Source: Eledone cirrhosa (lineage: Eukaryota). From it: a stretch of DNA of 64,000 nt. A model generated the notes under the pieces. The model did no database searches, was not told the origin of the DNA, and saw only the letters and a list, made by a program, of their open reading frames with translations. The position numbers and the translations under genes were made by a program. This document shows, piece by piece, positions 39,409 to 52,005 of the stretch. Each line of letters starts with the position of its first letter. Positions within the stretch are counted from its first letter, which is position 1. The stretch lies in contig OZ024745.1 of the NCBI GenBank assembly GCA_964016885.1, forward strand, positions 120,342,001 through 120,406,000. The letters run 5' to 3'.

Positions 39409-41050
39409 AGCAATCTCCTTTGATACCAGCAATCCTGAACAATCTCCTTTGATACCAAGCATTTTGATCGCGTCTTTACATTCTCAATGCAATGCACGTC
39501 GTGCGGCGAACTGACAGCGTAACCTTTTCTGGAAGACATTATTTCAATTTTCATAGGTTGAAAGCAAAGGGAAAAGTAATAGTTTACAAATTAACTTGAA
39601 ATGTTCACTGTAAGCAGCTTAGCAGTGCAAGAGTAGGTGTTTACAACAGATATAACCATTTTATTCTGTGCCGATGGTGGGGAATAGGAAGGCGGCCCTA
39701 GGGCCAAGGACACCAAAAGTCGTCACTGATATGGGTTCGACCGCAGACCTGTTAGAGAGCGACCGATATTCGAAGAGTTTCCCCTTCTCAGAAGAGCCTG
39801 GGTTGACTACCCATGTATGTGAACTTCGTGAGCCGGAATAGCTCTTCCGGCGCGTCTCCCTCACCATCCTCCGGGGAAACGCCTTCTCTAACCATTTTAC
39901 TTCAGGCAAAGTGACGTAACAAAGTACAGGGTGGTCCTAAAGTCTTATCACCCCCTACCAAAAAGAAAATGATATTATTATTATTATATATTATAAGAAA
40001 ATTATATTATTATTATTATATATTATAATTAATGATATTATACATTATATAATTGTGGATTGAAAAGGTCCAGAGGCGCTGGGGTCTAAGGGGTGGTAGA
40101 TATAATATAATAGTATATCAAATATCAAATGATACATATATATAAATATAGTAAAACAAAAATATATAATATATATTTATACATAGTATATATTATATTA
40201 TTTATTGTATATAAATTATATATAAATTAACTATTTTACTTATATATTATTTACAATGTGCATGTAGGCAGGTCTGGAAATAGGGTTGAGAAGCGCTGAG
40301 GATATTACGTGGACGCGAGGGGAGCGGTGGTCCAAAACGTTGGCGAACCACTGATATAGATTATAAAACAATGGTTTCCTTTAAAAAAGATTTCTTTTCA
40401 AAGGCATTCTTTACATCGGTTAAGAGGTTAAATTCGCAACAACGTGATTACGTGTTCCATTCCGCTATGTGACACTAGAGGCAAGTGTCTTCTACCATAA
40501 CTTTGGATCGACCCAAACCTCGTGAGTGAAATTTGGTAGAGAGAAACTCTGTGGAAGCGTGCCAGATGGAAAGTTTCTATTCTTGAATGGCAGACTTTAT
40601 CGGTCACTCAGTTTAACCCCATCACCTGTCTGTTGAGTAGCTTTAGCGGAGTCCACTCTGTTGCAAACATTCAGGTTTGGTCTTTGTTATGATGTTAACT
40701 GTGTCCCACCAATGTTGGAGACTCTGCCCTGACAAAGCTACTAAAATCAAATTTTAAAAAAGAAATAACTGTTGACAATGTACCACTGAAGTAAAACAAA
40801 TATATTTCAAGTGATTTTATCAAGTCTACAAGCGAATCCTATCCGAAATACGACAAAATTTATCCAACTTCTTTCAGAATCCTTAATAGCTCACCCATTA
40901 TATACACACATACAGATCTATAACATACATAAAAATTTCGATATAGCGTCGACCAATATGATTTTTATTTTATAATTAAAATAATCCAGAATGAAGTTTT
41001 CTTTTCATCAATTTAATATCGATCAACTAAGAAGTTGGAATATACTAGAT

Positions 41051-41545
41051 CAGTGGTCCTCAAATTTATTTTGTTAAAGAATCCTTATGCAATTTCCAAA
41101 ATTCGAGGAAATTATAACTATATTGTATAGAGCTCTACTCATATCTTCGCCTTTCTGACATCAAAAGGCATAGGAGGCTCACATTAGCCAGACATGTGAA
41201 ATATCACAATGAACCTGCTAGCAGCGTTCTTTTCTGGAAACCCGATGCATGCAGATGAGTTACGAGACTAACCACAGTGCTGAAGGATGTTCTTGAAGAT
41301 GACACTGGGTCTAAGGCAGAGAAAATTCAGACAACAATGCTAGACAGGGTGAGCTGGAGGAGGAACTTTGTCATGACACCGGTCACAGATGAATAGAAGA
41401 AGAAGAGGCGACAATCCCCGTGATCTTGATTTAAAGACATTAAATGAAACAAAAGAATATATAATTTTTTATATTAAATTTTATTAAAATACAGCTTTTC
41501 TCGTGGACCCCTGAGCTACATCAGAACCTTCTTCGAAAAACGCTG
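41051..41545. mobile_element. hAT-type MITE with a nested RTE 3' fragment (41130-41407, +)
   Basis: Ends cagtggtcctcaaa / cgaaaaacgctg. The nested part translates RLTLARHV...EPASSVLFWKP...MLDRVSWRR and has a (gaa)n tail. Confidence 0.6.
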
Positions 41546-42785
41546 TAGATCAAATCAGGAAATTATATACAACTCCACTACAAAATTGGATTGGTGTCGT
41601 GTCAAAAGAAATCAATAAATAATAGGGTATTAAGTTTTCTACTTGGAACGTGTTTGCTTTATTTACGCGGCTAATGACCCTGAGAAACCCCATGCTCTTT
41701 TTAATACTAGAATGTTTTCCATACGCTGACACGTATGAGTATGTGTGGGCGTGTGTGTATATGCATATATTTATTTGCAAGAGTATATAAATATAAATGC
41801 GCCAACACAGACACACCTACAAAAATACACACTCACAGACATACATTGACACAAATACACATTCACATAAATACACATAATTTACACAAACATATACATA
41901 CTCACATACAGCGTGTTTTTTCCGATCCCCTTCCTTCCTTTTACACACACACACACACATACCTTCACGCAGGCAGCAGACGTAAAGAGAGAGGAGTAGT
42001 ATGAGGTAGTCAAACTACTCCTCTCTCTGTACGTGTTATGACAGAGTAGCCTTGTAACAACGGAAGACATCGTGGGTTGGGAATTGCTGGAAGTCTCAGA
42101 ATACTCTTACATTTAGTTATAACATTCGACCTCCTGAAAGGACCAATGAAACAATCTCTCCTGTGGGTTTTTTCCTTTGCTGATATAATAATTGGTTCTT
42201 CCTTTGTTGACTTCCAAAGATGGAGGCGGTTGGTGCAACGTTCAACCCTGCAGCGTCCCAACGACCCCAAAAAGTGTTAAAGGACCATGCTGAGGATATA
42301 TTACTATCTGCCGGTTTGTTATTGAAAGAAGAAAGTGAAATAAATTATTTTACTGAGAAAGACAATGTGCTGCTCGGTCGGTCCAAGAGTTAATAACCTT
42401 ATGATCCAACACCTCAGCCACTATTCCACACCACTGACAGGATCAATTTTGTACTTCATTTCCCTAAAGTTGATAAATTAAGTTGAGAGGGTTGTTATTA
42501 GAATCACTTCAGCGCTAGACAAATTGTCTTGTGAAACTGAGTTACTTTAAGGATAAAACACCTACTGTTTGATAAACAAAACATGTAACAGTAATATGTC
42601 CTTCCCCAATAAATATGTGGCCTTGTGTTAATGTAAAACATCAATATGCTGATTGGATTCAATACATTGCTGTTTTGTGCCTCATCAAAAAAAAGTCTAT
42701 AAAATAACCAACGGAATATATAGAAAACGAACCTTTGATTACTGAAAATCCATTGATATGAGGAGCAACTATTAAAGAAAAACAT

Positions 42786-42941
42786 TAACCAATCAGAGTT
42801 GATTATTTATTCAAATCGGTTCGGCTTTAACGGTCAGTGTTTCATAAAGCAGTATATATAGCGAGGGAGGAGCACTAAACTTGTAACAAGTAGAAATACG
42901 TTTGTGGCGGAGACAACACCAAATTTTCAACAGGAGTGAGT
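42786..42941 (+). promoter_or_regulatory. Putative promoter, non-coding exon 1 and splice donor of BTB gene 1
   Basis: ttaaCCAATca (CCAAT at 42789-42793), TATATATAG (42853-42861), donor GTGAGT at 42936. A polypyrimidine-CAG acceptor ends at 45145. Confidence 0.55.
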
Positions 42942-43123
42942 TTATTAGCTAATTTTCTATCTTTCTACCTATCGTGAGTTTTAATTATATATTTGTCCTT
43001 ATCTTTATAAATAGTTATTTCCCTAAGTTTACACATATACTTAAAAGTGTATGTTATTTGTACAATCATGTTGAGCAAATATGTAACTATATCTTAGAAC
43101 TAAATCTTTAAAATATCACACAA

Positions 43124-43169
<46 letters not shown>

Positions 43170-43317
43170 AGGTAGTGTAATGTGAAGTTACTGTAGGTTC
43201 ATCCTGGTGAGCACTCGATGTTTAGGTTCACATCAGTGGCGAAGTGTAGAGCTAGACAGTGTAATGTAATAATAATACAACGACGATTTGTTAATCTTTC
43301 ATTACGTTTGTTTATTT

Positions 43318-43400
43318 GTGACGCGCGTTTCGCTATTGATCAGCTCAAGGTTCGATCTGTATCGATCTGGCCCGACTCTGGAATCAAAAGCTCGTCGGAC
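43318..43400 (-). ncRNA. Hammerhead-like motif (variant core CCGACGA)
   Basis: gt / CCGACGA / gct-tttgat...atcaat-agc / GAAA / cgcgcg / TC / ac, in an insert flanked by (AT)n. Confidence 0.55.
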
Positions 43401-43623
43401 CTCTGCTGTTGTAATGACAGAATGAACGTATATAGCATATAAATATATATATATAGCATATGTATATATATCAAGTAAGTTTGTTTTGAAACTGAGCGAA
43501 GTTTAAAATTTAGTAGAAATATAACCTTTCGCCTTATTTTTTACTAAATAATTTTTAGCCTGAAATGGGGTTTAAACCCCTCTAAAAATGGAAAAGGATG
43601 AGTATTTACAGACACACACACAT

Positions 43624-43674
<51 letters not shown>

Positions 43675-45163
43675 GGAAAAATTTGGTGGATCGGCAGTAT
43701 CTGTAGTGTCACATGAAATATTTTGCAGCATCTAGTTAGAGCGTTCTACGTTCAAATCCCGTCGAGGTCAACTTTACCTTTTATTCTTCTGGGTTGCATA
43801 AAATAAAGGGTAAACCTTTGCAAGTAAACCCGACTTGGATTTGAAGGGGAATTGTTTTTCTTAATGTTTTGGGGTATATTTTGAACGAATGTGATCTTCA
43901 AAACTGTCGGAAATTATTTGCTTTGTAGTTAACTTGAGTGAGTGGGGTCACACTTGGAAGATCTTTACAATTGCACCATCTTGCTATAATTGGTGACATG
44001 TTTTCCTGTTTTTGATGTTTTGAACGAATATGGCCTTCAAAACCATCTGAAATTATTGTTTCGCTAACTGTAGGAGGGGACGCCATATTTGTTCAAAATA
44101 CAACAAAAACAATAAGAAAAAACATAAATTTCACTTCTAAGCCCAAGAACGCCGCGTCTGCCTCCTCCCTATCTCGGTTAACTAAAGATTCTTGCAACCT
44201 ACACGGAAAACCATAGAAAAAACATAAATTTCACTCTAACGTGAGACGGATGTGATTGAAAAACATTTCTCAAAGTACCAGTTAAATACTGAGGTCAATA
44301 TAATCAACTTGACACATTCTCCAATGATACAAGTTAGTAGGAGCGGAGGAGGTAATCTGGAGAAGTACCTAGTTTTTTTTTGTTTTTGTTTTTCTTTCAA
44401 ATACTGGTGATGTAAGAATACGTTTAAAACATCCCGGGCAATTTTCTTATGAATGAAACAACGTCATCTTTAATGTAAATTTAATTAATTCTAATTCGCT
44501 ATTTCTCCTCGTATGTCCAAGACCAAATATTTCACATTTTCTTTCTCACTAGAGATTAAGTATATTTAATCGTCCGTATAGAGCTAGTCAACCATGATAG
44601 ACTTAGAGATATCTGATACCCCTTACAATTAAGAAAGGAAAACAGGAGGCAAAAAGCCTAAGAAAATAGGTGAAAAACAAGGATTAAAAAGCAGCTAAAA
44701 TATATATTTTATTGGCCGATACTTCAGATATACTGGAGGGAAGGGCTGCGCACTGTCGACATTACGTGAGGATTCTTGTAAGTTCCTGTGTAACCCCACC
44801 CACACTTTCTTTCCTTATAAATGAAAACTGGTCAAATTTCATTGTTTCTAAAATGCTGGTGGGCGCTCTTTCGGTTTAAGTAAACAATTAGCTTAAATAG
44901 TAAAATGAATATGAACGCTACCTGATTGATCTGTACAAGTAAATTTCATGTAAAATGAACTTATTGGTCAGAAAGTGCCGTCTACTTAATAAAAAAGAAC
45001 GGAAAATGTTGGTAAAAAAATAAATTTATTAGAATGAATTTATTAAAATTGAAATTTGTTTTGTTTGTTTTTTTTTTTTTTTTGGGGGGGGGGGGGGTTG
45101 TCAAATGAAACCTTTGAAATAATTTATTTTTTTTATTTTTTCCAGATATCTTCTGTAGAAAAC

Positions 45164-47539
45164 ATGGACCGTTCTGAGGGCCCAAAGAATACGTCGATAA
45201 GCAGGTATTATAGGAATAGGGAATCGAAAATCCCATACACTGAATATCTCGCTGCAATGTTGGAAGAGGGTTTCCTCTGTGATGTTAACTTAATGGTTGG
45301 TTCTACTGTTGTCCCAGCCCATCGTGTTATTTTGGCTTCTGGAAGCAACTACTTCAAAAAATTGTTTGATAAACCTCTAACCAATAACACTGTGGATATG
45401 TCTGAAATAGTTGATGATGCTGAGTTTCTAAACCTTATTATTAAGTATATCTACCAGAGAGAGATAACGTTAGTTCACCGATATATTCCCAAATTGCTTT
45501 TTATCCTTTCTCGGATTGATATAAGATATTTAAAGAAACATTGTGCACAGTTTCTTTTTGGGGAATTACGACCAGTTAACTTACTTCAAATCTGGGAATT
45601 AGCTTGGTTTAATAATTTGCGTGAATTAGCAGCTGTCTGTCTAATTTTTTGTCGGGAAATGGTCTGTAACAAACTTCTGCAGTGTAACTATATAAAATAT
45701 TTGTCTAAAGAATTTATAGAACATTTTATAGACTTGGAAGATATAAGGAAGGGTGTTAGCTCGTCTACTGTAATACTATTTATCATCAATTGGATGTCTT
45801 ATGATACATATAATCGCCTCTCTGGTGCGAAAAGAATGGTGAAAGACATTTTACAAAAAAAGCCACTTCATGCGACAGAATTTGATGTTCTTCAAACATA
45901 TTTCAATGAATATGATGATAAAGATTACAAAGTCATAGTTTCAGAATCATTTACATCAATATTACTGGAGAGCATTGTAAATAAACCTGATACTAGAAAC
46001 CCCGAATCATGTGTAGTAAATGAAGAAAATCCTGTTGAATCTGTTAACCCGGAAGTAAATGATATTTTTGGTGACGATCAGGCTGAAGCTGCCGATATTA
46101 AAGACTCGTCATCTCAAGAATTAAATTTTCGCTTAGATTATGTAGCTCCGCAAAGATATCGCTTAAGAGATGGAGTGCAGGTACTTACGCTTAAAAAACA
46201 TTGGATAGGAGATACATCTGCCGAAGACTCTTTAACTGAAACAAGCTGTATAGCTAAGCATTGTGTACCTTCACAACCAGATGTTATATCTAGCAGTAAA
46301 CCACTTGCTAAAAACTGGAGCATTATTGTTCAAGAATCGAGAAACCAAACGGCTTCATTTTTTTGTCAGTATACTGAGAAGTGGTATACTTGTAATGTTT
46401 CAAAATCTTTAAAAAAAGCATTTGGTTTTCTTGCTGATGAAATTGTCTGTAAGCAGGAGCCTTCTGGACTATTGTTATATAATCATGCTTTGGACACTTC
46501 GATCGTTTTGGAATCGCCATTTCCTTTTCTAAATGAAGACGACGAACATGTTCCATGTTTAGGTATGTCACAAACAGCTTTCTTTACTTACTCAGGATCA
46601 TTATACTCAGCGTGTGCAGTTAAACATCGAACAAAGAAAGCTCTTAAAATAATTGTAAATGAATGGGACCGTGACAGAAATGTGTGGGATTGTAAAACAT
46701 ATATGTTTCCAAAGACGAATTATGGTACTGTCATCTCGGTATCACTAGTGGCCAAAACATCAGCAGGTTCTAAAGTCTATATTATGGCACATGTTACATT
46801 ATACAAACATAGATTTTACTTAAAGCCATGTTTCTCGGAAGTTCCTGATACTTCCAATGCTACAAGTGATACAAACGTTACCATAAAACCAAATGAAGTA
46901 TTTTATGTATTTGAAATTGAAATGAAGTCTTTGGCTTGTAAAGAAGTCGGCTGTCGTTTCAGTGAACCATTGCAACTTGATCAACTTCCGACAATAATTC
47001 AAGACGATCGTATATTTTTTATCAAAGATAGTTATGAAATACTCGATGCAAACTTCCTATTGGCTTTTACCAGCCGTTCGATGTTTCCAATGAATGTGTT
47101 GATACTTGATCTTACAACAAATTCTTGGGCGAGTGTCAGCTTGATAATATCTTTGCCTCCATTCTATGACGTACCGATTAAGACATTAAAAGGGAAAGGT
47201 TATTATGAAATAGATATTTCATTTTTTAAGAATTTCATGATTTTAGGACTACACGGAGGCCCACGCATCTTGCAAATTGTTCTGTTCGACATAGTAACAT
47301 CAGAAATAATCCTTCTTAGCCCTGTACCACTTCCATTAATTGGGAAGGTGTTTTTGTATCCCGTTGATAATCATCAGCCTCTGTCTAGGATAACAGAGGA
47401 TTATAACAAAGAGATTGATATGTCATCATATCAGTATAAAGATTGGCGATTAAAAAGCTGGTGTGGAACTATTGTGCCATCTTTAACTATCAACCCATCT
47501 GAAACTGTCTCAACCAACGTTCCTCAGGATCAGCAATAA
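45164..47539 (+). CDS. BTB/POZ-BACK domain protein with divergent beta-rich C-terminal region (791 aa), paralog 1
   Basis: Intact 2.4-kb ORF in AT-rich DNA. BTB signature FLCDVNLMVGSTVVPAHRVILASGSNYFKKLF; BACK-like LKKHCAQFL...WELAWFNNLRELA...INWMSYD. ATG lies 18 nt after the acceptor ttttccag; AATAAA cluster at the stop. Confidence 0.9.
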   Translation: MDRSEGPKNTSISRYYRNRESKIPYTEYLAAMLEEGFLCDVNLMVGSTVVPAHRVILASGSNYFKKLFDKPLTNNTVDMSEIVDDAEFLNLIIKYIYQREITLVHRYIPKLLFILSRIDIRYLKKHCAQFLFGELRPVNLLQIWELAWFNNLRELAAVCLIFCREMVCNKLLQCNYIKYLSKEFIEHFIDLEDIRKGVSSSTVILFIINWMSYDTYNRLSGAKRMVKDILQKKPLHATEFDVLQTYFNEYDDKDYKVIVSESFTSILLESIVNKPDTRNPESCVVNEENPVESVNPEVNDIFGDDQAEAADIKDSSSQELNFRLDYVAPQRYRLRDGVQVLTLKKHWIGDTSAEDSLTETSCIAKHCVPSQPDVISSSKPLAKNWSIIVQESRNQTASFFCQYTEKWYTCNVSKSLKKAFGFLADEIVCKQEPSGLLLYNHALDTSIVLESPFPFLNEDDEHVPCLGMSQTAFFTYSGSLYSACAVKHRTKKALKIIVNEWDRDRNVWDCKTYMFPKTNYGTVISVSLVAKTSAGSKVYIMAHVTLYKHRFYLKPCFSEVPDTSNATSDTNVTIKPNEVFYVFEIEMKSLACKEVGCRFSEPLQLDQLPTIIQDDRIFFIKDSYEILDANFLLAFTSRSMFPMNVLILDLTTNSWASVSLIISLPPFYDVPIKTLKGKGYYEIDISFFKNFMILGLHGGPRILQIVLFDIVTSEIILLSPVPLPLIGKVFLYPVDNHQPLSRITEDYNKEIDMSSYQYKDWRLKSWCGTIVPSLTINPSETVSTNVPQDQQ

Positions 47540-50328
47540 AAAAATAAAAAAAATAAAAATAAAGTTAGATTTTTATTCAAATCGAAGAACGAAATATATA
47601 TTTTTCTTGTGTAGTATCTAACTACAAATTGGCATTCTCTCGAAGACTATTTTAAAGGATTTATTCTTTGGTTCTGTCAACGAAATACTTATAAGAAATC
47701 ATAAATTACTCATTGTTTTGGAGGGGTTTGTTGTTGATGCAGAAGTGTTGGAGGGGTTATTAGGTTGACTATCTTCCATCAAATATTTCCTCCAACCATC
47801 CGTTAATATAATTACCTATCGATATTGAACTACAGTTACAATTACCCTATATTCAAAGCAGTCAAGTTTATTTTACAAAACGTACGAAGTTTCATTTATC
47901 TATCATTCAAGCTCAATGTCCTATAAAGGTACTGTTATGGTGTGGCGCACCTGTTTAGTATACCTGTACGAAACGAGGGTAATACCCAAGGTATTCACCA
48001 GGCATAATTCCGAACTACTAACGAGACTACAACGAGACTCCGTACACACAGTTCACTTCAGTTCTTATAGTTTCGCCTAGTCCACTTTTAATTACGCGGG
48101 GGGTATTCAGGGTTTTTCCCTCACAACTGGTACTGAATCTGATACTTTTCTGTAGAGGCTGATATAGAAGGAACTATTGGCGATTGCTGTATAACTTGTC
48201 AAGAATTATTTTGTAATGATTGGTGAGATAATATAATTGGGTTTTTAATATCTTTTACTCATATAAACCAGTCAGCTGCCATAATTTGTGTGAATGTTCC
48301 CTGGGAAATGGATTGATAAAAGTTCATTGACAGTAATTCAAACAAATTGTTTCACAATTGCTGCCACTCTTCTTTAAAGGAAGAAAGTTGTCACACATGA
48401 GCCAAATAACTACCAGTATTATACAGTCGACTTCATCGAACTAGACAGTCTATTGAACATGTATCCGACCCTAGAATTCTGGTGGTCGGTGGGATTCATT
48501 TTGTGCCTCTACACAAGCCCTCTCTGAGCATAGTACATACATTCTTAAAAAATAAAGACTGCCACATTTTCACTTACAATGGTTTTCATATGCATTTCAA
48601 AGTGCTTAATAAGCAACTGATGTGAGGCTTTAAAGTACTGTATTTTGATCTGTGATCTAAATTGAGAAGTTTCATCAAAGGTTAACTTTATGGCAGTTGA
48701 AATGTAAAAAATTGAAAATAAGGCTATAACTTTTATATTTCAAATCTTACATTGGACACTGGAATAGCTCCTTTATTTTCCTTGGAAGAAGAGCTATTAA
48801 TCTCGAAATATCAGGATATATGAATAAATTAAGGTAAAAAAACAACCCCCCCCCCCCCCCCCCCCCGTTTCTTACGATTTAATTATTTTCCGTCCAACCG
48901 GCATTGTCATGGCTTTTAAACTTCGAATTCTTATTTATTTGTATATTCTACAAATTAGTCTGCTTATAACTGCAGAAGCAGACTTACTCTATAATGAATA
49001 TTATGAATGGAAATGAACATTAGACTTTACAAACAAGATAGAATAGGATGCTTAACTGCACAATTCTAAAGGGATTACATGTTAGTCTTACATTAAAGTA
49101 CAAGCTGACATAATATAGTTAGTACTTGACAGAAAATACAAGCTGGTTTATTCAATTGTTAAAGTAATGGAAATCAATCGAGTTTAAGACTTCGACTGTA
49201 AAGTAAAAAGTGATGGCAAAGGCGTTTGAATGAATAAAAAGTATTGGTTTCTCTCATTAGAGCCTGACCAGATTGTTTGGGAGAGGAAGTCAATTAAATG
49301 GAATGCTGGTTGATGAAATTAGGGAGTAAGTCGATGTGGTATTTGAACTCCACTATACACGACAACCTCAAGACTAGTTCCGTTCACCACCACAATCTTC
49401 CTTCTGTTCATAGGATTTTCCTGTTCCACATCTAAATTCAAGATTGCCAATACAAGGGTTTCTGTAATAAACCGCTTCCACTTTAATACACTTCCTTCTG
49501 GATTGTATACTATCAATCTAGGTTGATCCGAGAATTGTATTAGAGATGGATATTGTAATTTGATTCTGTGTTGCGACTGTACTTGACATCGAGTGTTCTC
49601 TAAATTGATGTCTTATTCGCAACTGAGTAGGTAATGTATCTCCGGATTAGGTTGACATCGTGGCTCAATACCAATTCTTAACAAAATCTAACGTGCTTGT
49701 TATATTTCATCCTGTATTTTCCTCGGTTAAAAAATTCTTTATAACCATTTTTGAGGCGCTCTGGTTACATCTCACTAGTCTGCAACCAATACATTGTAAT
49801 CCATCACTCAGTTGAAATATACATAGTTACGAAAGCCTTGATGCGTCGTTCAAATTTTTACATTACAGTAACGAACTCTACAAAAGAAAATCTAACTGGT
49901 ATTGAGGTAAATGAGTTTGCAAAGAGACCTGTCGACACTGCAGAATTTCTAAAATAAATTGCTCTATTAACGTACACCCAAGCGTCAGTTTGTCTAAGTG
50001 GCATACGTACTACTAACCCCCACGGCCACTTCTCTTCTGCCATCTCTGCTGTGTTTGATGACTCTATAGTTCCGTAAGGTTTGCTAAGATGTAACAAACT
50101 GCAAAACGTATAACACCATAAATACGAAAGATATGCTATCCAAACTACACTTGATCTGTTTGTAACTGTTTGTAGATTGTGAATGATCACAACTGAAATG
50201 TTTACCAAGTTCACTAGTTGTTCAGATTAAGACGGCACGTACGTTTGATATGTTGTAGATCAAGTCTCGAATGGCTAAAATAGTGTTACGGTGAAATGTA
50301 ATGCGGATTTTATTATATTTGATATTAC

Positions 50329-50615
50329 GGCTTAGTGATTAGAGCGTTGGTCTTGCAATCGTGAAGTTGTAAGTTCGATTCCTGGACTGGGTGATGTGTT
50401 GGGTCCTTAAGCAAGACTTTATTTCACGTTGCTCCAGTTAACTCAGCTGTTAAAAATGAGCTGTGACATCACTGGTGTCAAGCTGTGTCGGCCCCTTGAA
50501 CAACATCAGCGGCTAGGAGAAAGGAGGCTGATCTTGCACAGACTTGTGCCTTGGAGTGGAACATTTTCGGTTCAAATCCTATGATCATTCGTGACTGAAG
50601 GTAGTCTTTACCCTT
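50329..50615 (+). mobile_element. SINE family B, long form
   Basis: ggcttagtgattagagcg...agttcgattcctggactggg...aagcaagactttatttcacgttgctcc. Confidence 0.75.
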
Positions 50616-50792
50616 CTTTACATACGGTGTATGTAATAGTGAATTTAAAATATATACTCGGTAAACATTAGTGGAAAATATTTTTAAATTTAAAACCGAA
50701 CAAGTAATAATTCCCTTATATCTTGGTCACTGGTGGTTGTACTATTGCGAACTAACTAGAAAAGGTTTTGGAAAACAATGTCCTGGGTTTAA

Positions 50793-50971
50793 CCTATATT
50801 TACTATTGTATTTTCACAGTAAAGAATTTACCTCACATAATATCGAAGCTACGAGATTTTTATGTTATACATTTTGAGAATAATACCTTAACATCAGTAT
50901 GAGTAGCCGGTTATGGCCAGTTTGAACAGAAAGGTGAGAGAATTCTGACCGGATATGACCTGTTTAAAGGG
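50793..50971. mobile_element. piggyBac-like MITE (deleted copy)
   Basis: ttaa|cc...aaaggg|ttaa; homologous to 52701-52921. Confidence 0.7.
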
Positions 50972-52005
50972 TTAAAAGGCTATAAATTAAATGTTGATTT
51001 GTGCTTCAGTATTTATTAATATATATTCCATATATTAATAAATTTGGTGTAAGAACGGTAAGATAGAGATCATTGGTTATGGTAGATACCTCTTCCCTTA
51101 AACTCTCAGAAATGGTTTAGTCAATTACTGATATGCTGAGAGACAATGGTTAAGTCTTAGTGAAGTCCACGAAAGCGACATGCTTTACATCAAGCCAAAC
51201 AATTATTACATTCTAGTGGTTTTCTTGTATATTTTAACCAATAGCGTCTGGGTTTTATGTGTGATGCTGTAAGAGATGGGGGCTGCATCTCTCGCATGTA
51301 GCTAGTGTAAACCAATTCAGTTTACGAGAAGGGCCATTATCTGTTCAACATAATTGAACTAGAGCGTAGCTCCTCGATATTAGAGTGTGTGAGGGCGGAT
51401 TGAACGATCTGAGGTTTTACGCTATGTGCAATTATTTAACTGAAAACCGAGTTGCTTACAGCAGCCAAATACACCTTTAATTAACATGTGTGAAGTCTAA
51501 AACAAAAAAAAGAACGCCTGTCATGGCATTAGACAATGCCTTCCGGTTATTTTTCTGCTGAAGTCATCTTTACTTTTTAGTCTTCCAGAACAAGTCAAAT
51601 CCTGAAGTTGATTCTCTCTCCTCCAGAGTGGACTATGTTGCGTTATGAGAAAATGTAAGGACCACTCAGTGCCCTCTTTCCTCGAAGGGTTAAGTGCGAG
51701 GAGCTACTAACCTCTTCCCATCTAGCAACGACTGACGGATGTATTGAGAGATTGACAAATTGCAGCGAACCGTTTCCACCCACCCTCCCAGACTATTGGG
51801 AGCAGTCAGAGTGCGGTTCGCTATCGACAGAACATCTTCCATACGAGAATTGCAGTATAAAATCACTGAAAAGCCCACTTGCTGTATTAATATTTTCAAC
51901 CACTGCTAGTGGTACTTCACTTAGAATGTCTATCAAACTATCAAAACTCACCATGTCGTTTGTAGTGACAAGCGGCATCTTAGAATGATAAAACATACTT
52001 TTATA

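Noticed and set aside
41986-42028. 15-bp hairpin whose loop contains tgaggtagt (let-7 5' end)
   Set aside because: Only 9 nt match and they lie in the loop, not the stem; not a let-7 precursor.
45056-45163. N-terminal extension of the 827-aa ORF (likewise 57026-57064 for paralog 2)
   Set aside because: Runs through polypyrimidine tract and acceptor; intronic or UTR, with no homology between paralogs.
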